From assembly GCA_964396715.1 (NCBI GenBank), contig CAYNFQ010000001.1:117873-181872 (forward strand): a DNA stretch of 64,000 nt. Direction: 5' to 3'. The position numbers were made by a program, and so were the translations under genes. Positions 28,555-38,000 of the stretch are shown here, piece after piece. The DNA comes from an uncultured Gammaproteobacteria bacterium (GTDB lineage Bacteria > Patescibacteriota > Microgenomatia > Daviesbacterales > UBA10151). Under the pieces are notes generated by a model. The model ran no database searches. It was not told where the DNA came from and worked only from the letters and a program-made list of their open reading frames with translations. Position 1 is the first letter of the stretch; each line of letters begins with the position of its first letter.

Positions 28555-29628
28555 ATGGATAAGGATTTTTCCAAAAAAATTAAAGATAAGCAAAGTTTGT
28601 TACTTCATAATAAAGTGATTTTAATAACCGGGGGGACGGGTTCATTTGGTACAGCAGTTGTTGCTAAGTTGCTAAGCTTCACTCCCAAAAGAATAATTAT
28701 ATTCTCAAGAGACGAAAAAAAACAGTTTGACATGCGAAATTTCTATGACAGCCCGCTTTTAAAATTTGTCATAGGTGATGTTCGTGATAAAGAAAGTCTA
28801 GATAAAGTTATGAGTGGAGTGGATTATGTTTTCCATGCGGCAGCTTTAAAACAAGTACCATCCTGCGAGTTTTTTCCGATTGAAGCTGTTAAAACTAATG
28901 TACTGGGCGCAAATAATGTTATAGAACTTGCCGAACATCACAATGTGGAACGTCTGGTTATTTTATCAACAGATAAAGCTGTTTATCCGATTAATGCCAT
29001 GGGTATGACCAAGGCCTTGATGGAAAAAGTGATGATAGCGGCTGCCAGAAAAATCAGCGAGGCAAATAACAAAAGTACAACCTTATGTGGTGTGAGGTAT
29101 GGAAATGTGATGTATTCCAGGGGATCTGTAATTCCTTATTTTGTAGATTTAATAAAACAGGGAAAACCTTTGGCGGTTACAGATCTCAATATGACGAGAT
29201 TTCTATTGCCTTTGCCGGATTCTGTTGATTTGGTTCTTTTTGCTTTGACTTTTGGTGAGAATGGGAATATGTACGTCAGGAAATCTTCTGCGTCAACAAT
29301 TGAGATTTTAGCCAAAGCTTTGTGTAAGATATTTGACCACAAGACTGGCATTCAAGAGGTAGGGGTGAGGGCAGGAGAAAAAATACATGAAACATTAGTA
29401 TCTGAAGAGGAATTTTTAAGAGCAAAGGATTTGGGTGATTATTACAAAATTCCGTCTGAAACTCAAGGGTTGGATTATAATAAATATTTTATCAGAGGCA
29501 GAGAAATTGAAGATGGTCGTCTAGAGCCGTTTACTTCCGAAAATACCAGACGACTGAGTTTAAAAGAAACAATAGAGTTACTTATGACTCTTCCCGAAAT
29601 TCAACAGGAATTGAAAAATTTATCATGA
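28555..29628 (+). CDS. UDP-GlcNAc 4,6-dehydratase/5-epimerase, CapE/WbjB/FnlA-like (CapD family)
   Basis: KVILITGGTGSFGTAVVAKLL; catalytic region MGMTKALMEK with Met replacing Tyr, as in CapE. Confidence 0.85.
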   Translation: MDKDFSKKIKDKQSLLLHNKVILITGGTGSFGTAVVAKLLSFTPKRIIIFSRDEKKQFDMRNFYDSPLLKFVIGDVRDKESLDKVMSGVDYVFHAAALKQVPSCEFFPIEAVKTNVLGANNVIELAEHHNVERLVILSTDKAVYPINAMGMTKALMEKVMIAAARKISEANNKSTTLCGVRYGNVMYSRGSVIPYFVDLIKQGKPLAVTDLNMTRFLLPLPDSVDLVLFALTFGENGNMYVRKSSASTIEILAKALCKIFDHKTGIQEVGVRAGEKIHETLVSEEEFLRAKDLGDYYKIPSETQGLDYNKYFIRGREIEDGRLEPFTSENTRRLSLKETIELLMTLPEIQQELKNLS

Positions 29629-30761
29629 CTCAAAAACTTAAAATCTTAACTATACTGGGAACGAGACCGGAAATCATCAGGCTTTCCCGCATATTACCCA
29701 AAATGGATGAATATTTCAATCATGTAATTGTTCATACCCGACAAAGTTACGACTTCGAGTTAAGTAAAATCTTTTTTGAAGAACTTGAGCTTAGGAAGCC
29801 TGATTATTTGCTCGAAGTAAAATCAGATACACTGGGCGGACAAATAGGAAATATTTTAAAACAGACTGAAGAGGTTATGAAAAAAGAAAAACCGGATGCA
29901 ATTTTGATTCTTGGTGATACGAACAGTTCTTTGTCGGCAATTATGGCAAAACGGCTGGGTATTTTGATATTTCATATGGAGGCCGGCAGCAGGTGTTTTG
30001 ATTTTGAGGTGGCAGAGGAAACAAACAGGGCTTTGGTTGATGTGATCAGTGATTATAATGTACCATACACACAAAGAAGTAAAGAATACTTAATTCATAG
30101 CGGAATACATCCGAGGACCATTTTAGTGACCGGTTCTCCACTGGCTGAAGTATACGATTTCTTTAAAGAAAAGATCGACTCTTCTTCGATCATTGAGGAT
30201 TTAGATCTCAAGCCAAACCAGTATTTCGTAGTCAGTGCTCACAGGGAAGAAAATGTAGATAATCCAGCTAATCTTAAAGAATTATTTGAATCTTTAAATT
30301 TTTTAACGGATTTATATAAATTACCAATTATTATCACGCTGCATCCAAGAACCAAAAAAAGGCTAAGTGACAATAAGATTAAAATTAATCCAAAGATATT
30401 GTTGCATAAACCGTTTGGGATTTTGGAATATATCAAATTGGAACAGAATTCACTTTGTACAATTTCCGACAGCGGTACTATCCAGGAAGAATCCTCCATA
30501 TTAGGTTTTAATGCCATTCAAATAAGGGCCAATTTGGAAAGGCCGGAGGCTTTTGACAAAGGAGCAATAATCCTAGCAGGTTTGAATAAAAACACTATTG
30601 TTAATGCAATAGAGATGACTATAAAAGAAAAAGAATTAGGACAAAAAATAGTAACACCAGATGATTATAAGGACATTAATGTTTCTTCCAAAGTAGTGAG
30701 GTTAATAATGGGGCTTTCAGCTGCTAAAAAATATCACAATAAAGCACCTCACGGATTTTGA
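29625..30761 (+). CDS. UDP-N-acetylglucosamine 2-epimerase, non-hydrolysing (WecB/CapG/WbjD-like)
   Basis: ILTILGTRPEIIRL, VSAHREENVDN, signature collinear with WecB. Confidence 0.85.
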   Translation: MTQKLKILTILGTRPEIIRLSRILPKMDEYFNHVIVHTRQSYDFELSKIFFEELELRKPDYLLEVKSDTLGGQIGNILKQTEEVMKKEKPDAILILGDTNSSLSAIMAKRLGILIFHMEAGSRCFDFEVAEETNRALVDVISDYNVPYTQRSKEYLIHSGIHPRTILVTGSPLAEVYDFFKEKIDSSSIIEDLDLKPNQYFVVSAHREENVDNPANLKELFESLNFLTDLYKLPIIITLHPRTKKRLSDNKIKINPKILLHKPFGILEYIKLEQNSLCTISDSGTIQEESSILGFNAIQIRANLERPEAFDKGAIILAGLNKNTIVNAIEMTIKEKELGQKIVTPDDYKDINVSSKVVRLIMGLSAAKKYHNKAPHGF

Positions 30762-31491
30762 TCTTTTTCAATGTGGGCATCAGTAAAAAAGATTTTTTTA
30801 CCATCTTTACAAACTATATACGCATTAGGATAGGGATTAGCAAGGCTTCTTATAAAATTATAAAGCTCATCAGATGTTTTTGTTTGAAAATCCTTAACAG
30901 TTAATTCACTCTGTTCAGGTTTTCTTCTTTTGAATGTAGTAACTATTGAAGGATCTTGCGGTACAGGTTGAAGAGTTCCATTGCTAATCCCTCTCAGAAT
31001 TCTAAGGGTTGTTGAAGTTCCTTCATTAATTATTCGTTTGAATATTTGATCTAGAGATCCCTTAAGAGAAAACGGAGATTGGCCATAGATTGGTCCGGAA
31101 TCCAGTCCAGCATCTGCTTTAAAAATGGTCACAGCAGACGTTTTTTCCCCTGCTATAATCTGATGTTGTAAGGGAGATCCACCTCGATATTTAGGCAGGG
31201 GAGAGATATGCAGTGTTAAAGTCAGATATTTTTCAAAAATTTCTTTTGGTATAAACCATAACCATCCAAAAATGAGTAAAATATCTGCCTTTTGTTTCTT
31301 TATTATTTCAACCAGGCCTTTTTTATCAAGAGGATCAAGTTTATAACAAGGAACAGATAAATTTTCAAACTTGCCTCTGGATTTGGTGTTGTAACTGTCG
31401 CACGAATTTTCCAATTAGTGTTTTTTTGTTGTAAGAGTTTTCTTAAAATCTGATAAGCCCATTTTCTATACCCGAAGTAGATAACGTTCAT
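30749..31491 (-). pseudogene. Frameshifted formyltransferase (PurN/Fmt-like); N-terminal 62-aa ORF (31303..31491) and 221-aa catalytic ORF (30749..31414) in different frames
   Basis: MNVIYFGYRKWAYQILRKLL... matches Fmt N-terminal Rossmann; second frame carries HISPLPKYRGGSPLQHQII; frames must join near 31381-31395. Confidence 0.55.
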
Positions 31492-32166
31492 AATGATGCT
31501 TTAAGGAGATTATAGCCTTCCGCATATTTCACGCCTATTTCAGTCCCCCTTATTCCTGCCATCCTTTCTAAATTTTGAGGGCTTCTGGGAAAAGGGTCTT
31601 CCCGTAGCTGAGTTTCGTGGCATTTTAAAAGTTCTATTTTTTCTTTAAAAATTTCAGAAATATCAAAATAAAAATTAGGTTTGAATCCATCCCGGTTAGT
31701 CCAGCTATATGGCTCTTCAGCTTCCAGTATGATTTTTGGCTGATGGCGCAAATTTTTAGGAATTGGTCTAAGAGCCGTGATAGATGCGGAAAAAAGCGCT
31801 CTATGGTCCTGATCAAAGCTGTCCCTAAATGGTATGCAAATTATATCAGGTTCAAACGCTTCAATTTTATCTTCTATATTTTCAATAAGTCTCTTTTGCG
31901 GCACACTGTCAAGTTTCATAAATTCCTCACCTTGAAACATTATTGAGTATTCAAAACCACCATACTTTGAAGCTTTTTTTGCCTCATCAAGACGACTTGC
32001 AGAATTTGTTTTTCCGGTAACCAACTGCCTTGATGAGCCAATAGATCCATACATCACGAATACTCTTGCACCAGTTTTTTTTTGCAAGCATGATCAACCC
32101 ACCACAGCAAATGGCTTCATCATCGGGATGAGGTGCAATAATCAAAATTTTTTTACCCTTAAGCAT
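31488..32166 (-). CDS. PIG-L/LmbE-family N-acetylglucosaminyl deacetylase, interrupted by a frameshift in an A9 homopolymer (plus-strand T9 at 32075-32083)
   Basis: Upstream frame encodes MLKGKKILIIAPHPDDEAICCGGLIMLAKK (PIG-L motif), downstream frame continues TGARVFVMYGS...; removing one A restores one ORF. Confidence 0.6.
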
Positions 32167-32226
32167 ATAAGTTCCAAAATTGCATTATGTAAGCAGAACA
32201 ACTGTATTATACAATATATAGATCTT

Positions 32227-34377
32227 ATGATGGATATTAAAAAAAATTTGAGTCCACTAATTATTTTAATAGTTTGTTTGATCCTTATTTTTGTATGGTT
32301 TAACAAGGGTTTGCTTTTTGCAGGTGGAGAGGGGGGAATCCCTTTTTATAACCTTTCAAAAACTGCAGAGCGCATTTCTTATCTTTGGATAGATGAAGAG
32401 GCTGGTTATCCGGGTGTAGGCAATCTAACAGAAGTCCCTTACTATGCATTGCTTAAGATCCCTTTGCAGTTTGGTGTGCCTTCAAATCTGGTTCAGGCTT
32501 TTCATTTTTTCTTGGTTATGTTTACCGGCGTGGTTTCTGTATATTTTCTGATAAAAATAACCATAGAGGAAGAACTTAAAAAAAATCTTAATTTTTGGGG
32601 CGCAAAATATATATCTTTGATTGGCGCTATCTTCTATTTATTAAATCCTTTTTCCATGTCGCAGGTTTTTGGCAGGAGTTTAAATATTCAATATCTTTCT
32701 TTTGTATTGCTGCCTTTATTTCTCCTGCTGTATATCAGGGGACTTAAAACAAGAAATCTAATATATGGCTTTTTAAGCTTGATACCTTCTTTTATCTTCT
32801 CAGGAGCGTATGGCAGTTTTGGATATATACCAGCACTTTGGTTTCTGGTATTTCTTTATACTGTATTTTACCTTTGGAAAAATAGAAGTAAAAGAGAAAT
32901 TATTTTTGGTATTTTTTTCTTATCTTTTGTTTTTCTCAGCTGGATCATGGTAAATCTTTTTTGGATTATTCCGGTTTTTAAATTAGGGGGACAACAACTG
33001 GCAGCTTCCCTTAATGCGACAGAGGAAAATCTTGGGTCTTTAAGAGGGGTGAGTAAGCATTTTTCTCTGCCTATTCTTATCAGGCTTCTTCATACAGGAT
33101 ATTTCTATGAGGATTTATACGGGATTGTTTATTCAAGTTTATTCTTTGTGATTATAAGTTGGATAATTCCTGTAGTGTCATTTTTTTCATTAACCCTTTT
33201 TAAGAAAGTAACCAGTTTTAAATTCTACCTGACTTTATTTGTAATTTCCCTTTTTATATCTTTAGGTTCTAATTTCCCAACAGGCTGGTTATTTGAATTC
33301 ATATTTGAAGCTGTACCTGCATTTCAAATGTACAGGAATCCTTATGAAAAATTTGGGCTGATTTTTCTTTTAGCCTATACCCCATTTTTTGCATTGGGGA
33401 CTCTGGTTTTGTCAGAAAAATTAGCTGCCTTTTTTAAACATCAACGTTTAAAGTATTTTTGGGTGGTGCTCATTCTTTTTCTGGTGAGTGGCATTTTTGT
33501 TTGGCCAATGTGGAAGGGAATTTTTGCAGGAGGTTACAGGATCAATACCTGGATAAACGTACCTGATTATTATAAAAATGCTAACGATTGGTTAAATCAG
33601 CAGGATGGAGATTTTAGATTGTTGCATCTTCCTTTAATTCCAGGAGATGGCATAAGGTATAAGTGGGATCATCCATATCAAGGCATTGAACCGTCTGAAT
33701 TTTTATTTGATAGAGCATCAATAGCTCAAAATATTCCTTTTAACAAACAATATTACAATGTTTTACTTCAGCGCATTGGGATTTTCCAGCCAAATATTTT
33801 TGGTTCTGATCCTGATTTGACAAATTCGGAATTTAAATCCGAAAAATTAGGGGAAGAGTTAGCGAAATTAAATATTCGATATATAGTTTTACATAATGAT
33901 ATTGATGTTAGTTTCGGTGGTTTCAAAACACCACAAGAAACTGCAGTCTATTTGGCCAAAGATAAAAAAATAATCAAAGTTAAAAGTTTCGGTCAGCTGG
34001 ATATATATGAGGTGGAAATTCCCCAAAATATTCAAATTATTTATTCTCCATCAACTACTTTAATCTATGAAAAAATTAACCCCGCTTTTTATAAAGTAAA
34101 AGTTACTGATGAAGTTAAACCTTTTAATTTGAATTTTCTTATGTCTTACAATTCAAATTGGCACGCTGTTATTGATGGTGAAGTAATACAGGATCATGTA
34201 AAATTATTTTCGTATGGAAATTCCTGGGAAGTTAACAAAACCGGCAGTTTTGAAATAGATTTAGTTTATAAACCGCAGGAACTGGTTAAACAGGGACAAA
34301 TAATTTCAACGTTTTCGTTTATAGTAATATCTCTGCTGATGGTCTGTTACCAAATTATATGGAAAAAAAGAATTTAA
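32227..34377 (+). CDS. Large polytopic membrane protein, family B (N-terminal multi-TM GT-C-like domain + C-terminal extracytoplasmic beta-rich domain)
   Basis: Shares WFxxGLxFxGGxxGxxFxN, RNPYEKFG, LLHLPLIPGDGIRYKWDHPYQGIEPSEF, IRYIVLHND motifs with the giants at 38636, 42468 and 46347. Confidence 0.65.
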   Translation: MMDIKKNLSPLIILIVCLILIFVWFNKGLLFAGGEGGIPFYNLSKTAERISYLWIDEEAGYPGVGNLTEVPYYALLKIPLQFGVPSNLVQAFHFFLVMFTGVVSVYFLIKITIEEELKKNLNFWGAKYISLIGAIFYLLNPFSMSQVFGRSLNIQYLSFVLLPLFLLLYIRGLKTRNLIYGFLSLIPSFIFSGAYGSFGYIPALWFLVFLYTVFYLWKNRSKREIIFGIFFLSFVFLSWIMVNLFWIIPVFKLGGQQLAASLNATEENLGSLRGVSKHFSLPILIRLLHTGYFYEDLYGIVYSSLFFVIISWIIPVVSFFSLTLFKKVTSFKFYLTLFVISLFISLGSNFPTGWLFEFIFEAVPAFQMYRNPYEKFGLIFLLAYTPFFALGTLVLSEKLAAFFKHQRLKYFWVVLILFLVSGIFVWPMWKGIFAGGYRINTWINVPDYYKNANDWLNQQDGDFRLLHLPLIPGDGIRYKWDHPYQGIEPSEFLFDRASIAQNIPFNKQYYNVLLQRIGIFQPNIFGSDPDLTNSEFKSEKLGEELAKLNIRYIVLHNDIDVSFGGFKTPQETAVYLAKDKKIIKVKSFGQLDIYEVEIPQNIQIIYSPSTTLIYEKINPAFYKVKVTDEVKPFNLNFLMSYNSNWHAVIDGEVIQDHVKLFSYGNSWEVNKTGSFEIDLVYKPQELVKQGQIISTFSFIVISLLMVCYQIIWKKRI

Positions 34378-35528
34378 AAATTTATATTTTTGCCCTAGCT
34401 GCAACAGGTTCGGGAATTTCTGGTTCTGACAGGATTTTTATTGAATTTACTAGAAAGTGGAGTAAAGAAGTTCCAGTGATAGTCTATCTATGGAGGGAGG
34501 GTTATGAGATGTGCCAAAGGCAAAATCTGGGAATATCAAATATTGAATATCGAATATCGAATATGAAATCATGGAGACCTTTTAGATTTCTAATAAATTA
34601 CATAGTTAGAATTATAGAGGGGATAAAACTAGGGACTATCTTAAAATTAAAAAATACTCCCCAAATCATTATTTATTCAGCTTCGGAATTTTGGATGGAT
34701 TCATTGCTGGCATTTTTATTAAAATTGCGCTTTCCCAAGGTTAAATGGGCTGCAGCATGGTATCAAACTGCACCTAGTCCGCTAAAAGGATTTTCCGGGT
34801 CTTTAATTTATTGGTTAGTTCAACTTCCAATAAAACCTCTGATTGATAGATTTGCTAACTTTGTTTTAGTAAATAATGATATGGAGAAGAAGGTTTTCAA
34901 GAGACTGAACAGAAAAAATAAAGCAATAGTTGTTTTGGGAGCAATAGATCTAGAGGGAATAAAAAAGTGGCAAAAGATTATCGGTAAAAAGAAGAAAATT
35001 TATGACGGAGTATTTCAAGGCAGGTTTCATCCGCAAAAAGGAGTTTTGGAGCTTATTGGTATATGGAAGAAGGTGGTTGATAAGAAACCGGATGCAAAAT
35101 TGGTAATGATAGGGGATGGGCCACTGATGGAAAATGTCAAATTACAAATTACAAATTACAAATTAAACAAAAACATCATTCTCAAAGGGTATATGTTTGA
35201 TGGGGAAGAGAAATATAAGATATTTGCCCAAAGCAAAATTGTGGTGCATCCTGCCATCTTTGATTCCGGCGGTATGGCATCGGCCGAGGCAATGGCTTTT
35301 GGATTGCCTTGCGTGGGTTTTAATTTAAAATCATACATTTACTATTACCCTTCAGGAATGGAAAAGGTTGATGAAGGAAATACCGAAGCTTTTGCCAAAA
35401 AAATACTTGAGCTTCTAAGTAATAAAACTTTATATGAAAAAGTATCCAAAGAAACATTGTATCTAATTAATTATAAATGGTCATGGGAATATAGGGCTCG
35501 TCAAATACTACAAGCAGTGTTAGAATAA
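34359..35528 (+). CDS. GT4 (GT-B) glycosyltransferase
   Basis: C-terminal GGMASAEAMAFGLPCVGF GT4 signature. Confidence 0.75.
   Translation: MEKKNLKIYIFALAATGSGISGSDRIFIEFTRKWSKEVPVIVYLWREGYEMCQRQNLGISNIEYRISNMKSWRPFRFLINYIVRIIEGIKLGTILKLKNTPQIIIYSASEFWMDSLLAFLLKLRFPKVKWAAAWYQTAPSPLKGFSGSLIYWLVQLPIKPLIDRFANFVLVNNDMEKKVFKRLNRKNKAIVVLGAIDLEGIKKWQKIIGKKKKIYDGVFQGRFHPQKGVLELIGIWKKVVDKKPDAKLVMIGDGPLMENVKLQITNYKLNKNIILKGYMFDGEEKYKIFAQSKIVVHPAIFDSGGMASAEAMAFGLPCVGFNLKSYIYYYPSGMEKVDEGNTEAFAKKILELLSNKTLYEKVSKETLYLINYKWSWEYRARQILQAVLE
34531..34572. repeat. Imperfect heptanucleotide tandem repeat (GAATATC)x6 within GT4 CDS (encodes GISNIEYRISNMKS)
   Basis: gaatatc aaatatt gaatatc gaatatc gaatatg aaatcat. 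Confidence 0.85.
35138..35165. repeat. Perfect heptanucleotide tandem repeat (CAAATTA)x4 within the same GT4 CDS (encodes KLQITNYKL)
   Basis: caaattacaaattacaaattacaaatta. Confidence 0.9.
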
Positions 35529-35535
35529 TTTCTTA

Positions 35536-36447
35536 ATGAAAAATTATCCCGGCGTTTCGGCAGTAATCCCGAGTTTTAATGATAAGAAAAAAGTTTTCCG
35601 GCTTTTGGATTCTTTAAAAAAATCAAAATATAAAAAATTGGAAATTATTGTTGTTATAAACGGGTTGATAGATACCCTTTTGGAGGGAAAGATTAAATAC
35701 AAATGGGTCCGCTGGATTGATGCGGGAAGGGAAAATATTGGCCAGACCGGATGCTACAATTTAGGTTTTGCGCATGCTAATAGAAAAAATCACATACTTT
35801 ATGTTGATTCCGATGTGGTTGTAGATAAGGAGATGGTTTCTAAATTGGTAGAAAGAGCCCAGTCAGATAAAAAAATTGGTATAGTTACCCCCATGATTTT
35901 ATATTTATCCGATAAAGATTGGGTTAATCAGGCAGGGGCAAGTGTGAATTTGATAACAGGAAAAGTAACAGTGGGCTGGGGTCCAAAAAAGGATTTTTTA
36001 ATAGCAAAAGAAGTGCAAAATTCTGGTACCCTGATGCTTTTTAAAAGACAGGTGGTTGATAAAATCGGAGGAGTTGATGATTGGTTCCTTTGTTATTTTG
36101 ACCCGGACTATTGTCTGAGAGCCAAAAAGGCAGGGTTTATAACCTGGTATGAGCCGAAAGCAATCTGTTACCATGATCAGTCTAAAAACCCAAATGTCTG
36201 GAGACCAAGAGTATTAACAAGGGCATATCTTTTGGGAAGAAACAGGGTTTTATTTATGAGAAGGCATGGAAATATAGTTACTTTCTCCTTTTTTTTGCCC
36301 TTAATTTTAGGTTTTTATCTTTTTGAATGCATTAAATTTGGACAAATTATTAAATTCTTTAAACTTTTGTGGGGGAGTATTGTAGGGTATTTTTATCCAT
36401 TAAGATCAGGTAATTTTATCCCGCTGCCAAAAGTAAACCGCACATGA
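35536..36447 (+). CDS. GT2 glycosyltransferase
   Basis: VSAVIPSFNDKKKV...EIIVVING, DSD motif. Confidence 0.7.
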   Translation: MKNYPGVSAVIPSFNDKKKVFRLLDSLKKSKYKKLEIIVVINGLIDTLLEGKIKYKWVRWIDAGRENIGQTGCYNLGFAHANRKNHILYVDSDVVVDKEMVSKLVERAQSDKKIGIVTPMILYLSDKDWVNQAGASVNLITGKVTVGWGPKKDFLIAKEVQNSGTLMLFKRQVVDKIGGVDDWFLCYFDPDYCLRAKKAGFITWYEPKAICYHDQSKNPNVWRPRVLTRAYLLGRNRVLFMRRHGNIVTFSFFLPLILGFYLFECIKFGQIIKFFKLLWGSIVGYFYPLRSGNFIPLPKVNRT

Positions 36448-38000
36448 AAAACAAATTAGCTTCGGTTGTAATAGTCACACATAATAGGAAGAAAGACTTG
36501 CTGGAATGTATAGATTCTTATTTTAAGTCAAGTTATCACCCGATTGAAGTAATTGTTGTAGATAATGCCTCAAATCCTGCCGTAAAAACATATCTTCCAA
36601 AAAAATATCCTAAGGTAAGAGTAATAACCAATAATAGAAACCTGGGGGCAGCGGAAGGAAGAAATATAGGTTTGGATACCTCAGTGGGGGAGTATATCCT
36701 GTTTTCGGATGATGATGCTTTTTGCGATAAAGATATGGTTAAGTATTTGGTTGAGGCATTCAAAAAAAAGCGTAAGGCAGGGATAATCCAGCCTTTGGTT
36801 TATGACAAACAAAAGAAAAATTATTTACAGGGGGCAGGTCATGATATTGATCTAACAACTGGAAGAATTAAGGCCTGGGGAGTCAGAGAAGAAGATAAGG
36901 GCCAATATGAAGGTTTAAGAAAAGTGCCAATGGTAGGATGTGTCTGGATGGTTAGAAAAGAAGTGTTTGAACAGGTGGGTAAATTTGATGCGGAATACTT
37001 TATTCCCTATGAAGACAGCGATTTTTGTTTGAGAGCATCAAATGCCGGTTTTGAAATTTATTGTTACTCAATGGCTAAATCTTGGCATTTGGGTCTTAAA
37101 ACAACTCATGTACATCCCCTGGTAGAGTGGTTAGGAATAACAACTCCGGAAAGATCGTATAGAGTTGCCAGAAACAAAATAATTTTTATGGCAAAAAACT
37201 CAAAATTTCCCAACAATTTGTTATTTTTCGGGCTATTTATGCCTGCATATTTGATTTTGCACTCATTAGTAATAATGTTGAGCGGTAGGTGGGATTTGTT
37301 AACAAGATACTGGCAGGGTGTTATCTCCGGGATATGGTATGGAATAAGGAGATTATTTAATAAAGCGACCATCATTATACTTTCCTTCACTGATCCGCTC
37401 CCATGGGTTTTGGATAAAAAGACAACAAGCATTTTAGACGTAGGGTGTGGAGAGGGTTTACCTATGAAGTTAATTAAAATAAGACTTAAGATAGAAAATT
37501 CAACCGGAGTAGATTTATTCAAGCCCTATATAGAAAAGGGAAGACAGTTTCAAATACATGATAATTACAAAATTCAGGATATAAGAAAGATAAATTTTAA
37601 AAATAGGTCTTATGATACGGTTATAGCGTCTCATGTTTTGGAACATCTTCCCAAAGATGATGCATTGAACCTTTTGCAAAAAATAGAGAAAATTGCCTCA
37701 AGACAAATAATTATAGCTTGCCCGATTGGACAGATGTATCACCCTGAAACAGACGGAAATAAACTGCAATTACACCTTTCGGCTTTTGAACCGGAAGAAT
37801 TTGAAAAAAGGGGTTATAAAATTATTAGGTATGGGTTCAGATGGTTGTTGGGAGAAGGAGGGATAATGGAATCATTTTCTAATATTTTCATCACGGAGAT
37901 TTGTTTTACTATTCACTTGCTATTTACGCCTATTTTTTATATATTTCCCAATATTGGAAGCTACACATTTGTGGCCTACAAAAAATGTAATGAAGCATAA
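36444..38000 (+). CDS. Fusion protein: N-terminal GT2 glycosyltransferase + hydrophobic linker + C-terminal class I SAM methyltransferase
   Basis: ASVVIVTHNRKKDLL...VIVVDNAS, DDD; then ILDVGCGEGLP...SHVLEHLPK MTase motifs; 518 aa. Confidence 0.7.
   Translation: MKNKLASVVIVTHNRKKDLLECIDSYFKSSYHPIEVIVVDNASNPAVKTYLPKKYPKVRVITNNRNLGAAEGRNIGLDTSVGEYILFSDDDAFCDKDMVKYLVEAFKKKRKAGIIQPLVYDKQKKNYLQGAGHDIDLTTGRIKAWGVREEDKGQYEGLRKVPMVGCVWMVRKEVFEQVGKFDAEYFIPYEDSDFCLRASNAGFEIYCYSMAKSWHLGLKTTHVHPLVEWLGITTPERSYRVARNKIIFMAKNSKFPNNLLFFGLFMPAYLILHSLVIMLSGRWDLLTRYWQGVISGIWYGIRRLFNKATIIILSFTDPLPWVLDKKTTSILDVGCGEGLPMKLIKIRLKIENSTGVDLFKPYIEKGRQFQIHDNYKIQDIRKINFKNRSYDTVIASHVLEHLPKDDALNLLQKIEKIASRQIIIACPIGQMYHPETDGNKLQLHLSAFEPEEFEKRGYKIIRYGFRWLLGEGGIMESFSNIFITEICFTIHLLFTPIFYIFPNIGSYTFVAYKKCNEA

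Noticed and set aside
28661-28690. Octamer direct repeat gttgctaa x2 in CapE-like gene
   Set aside because: Only two copies, encodes the expected VVAKLL segment after the GGTGSFG Rossmann motif; likely native sequence rather than an SSR
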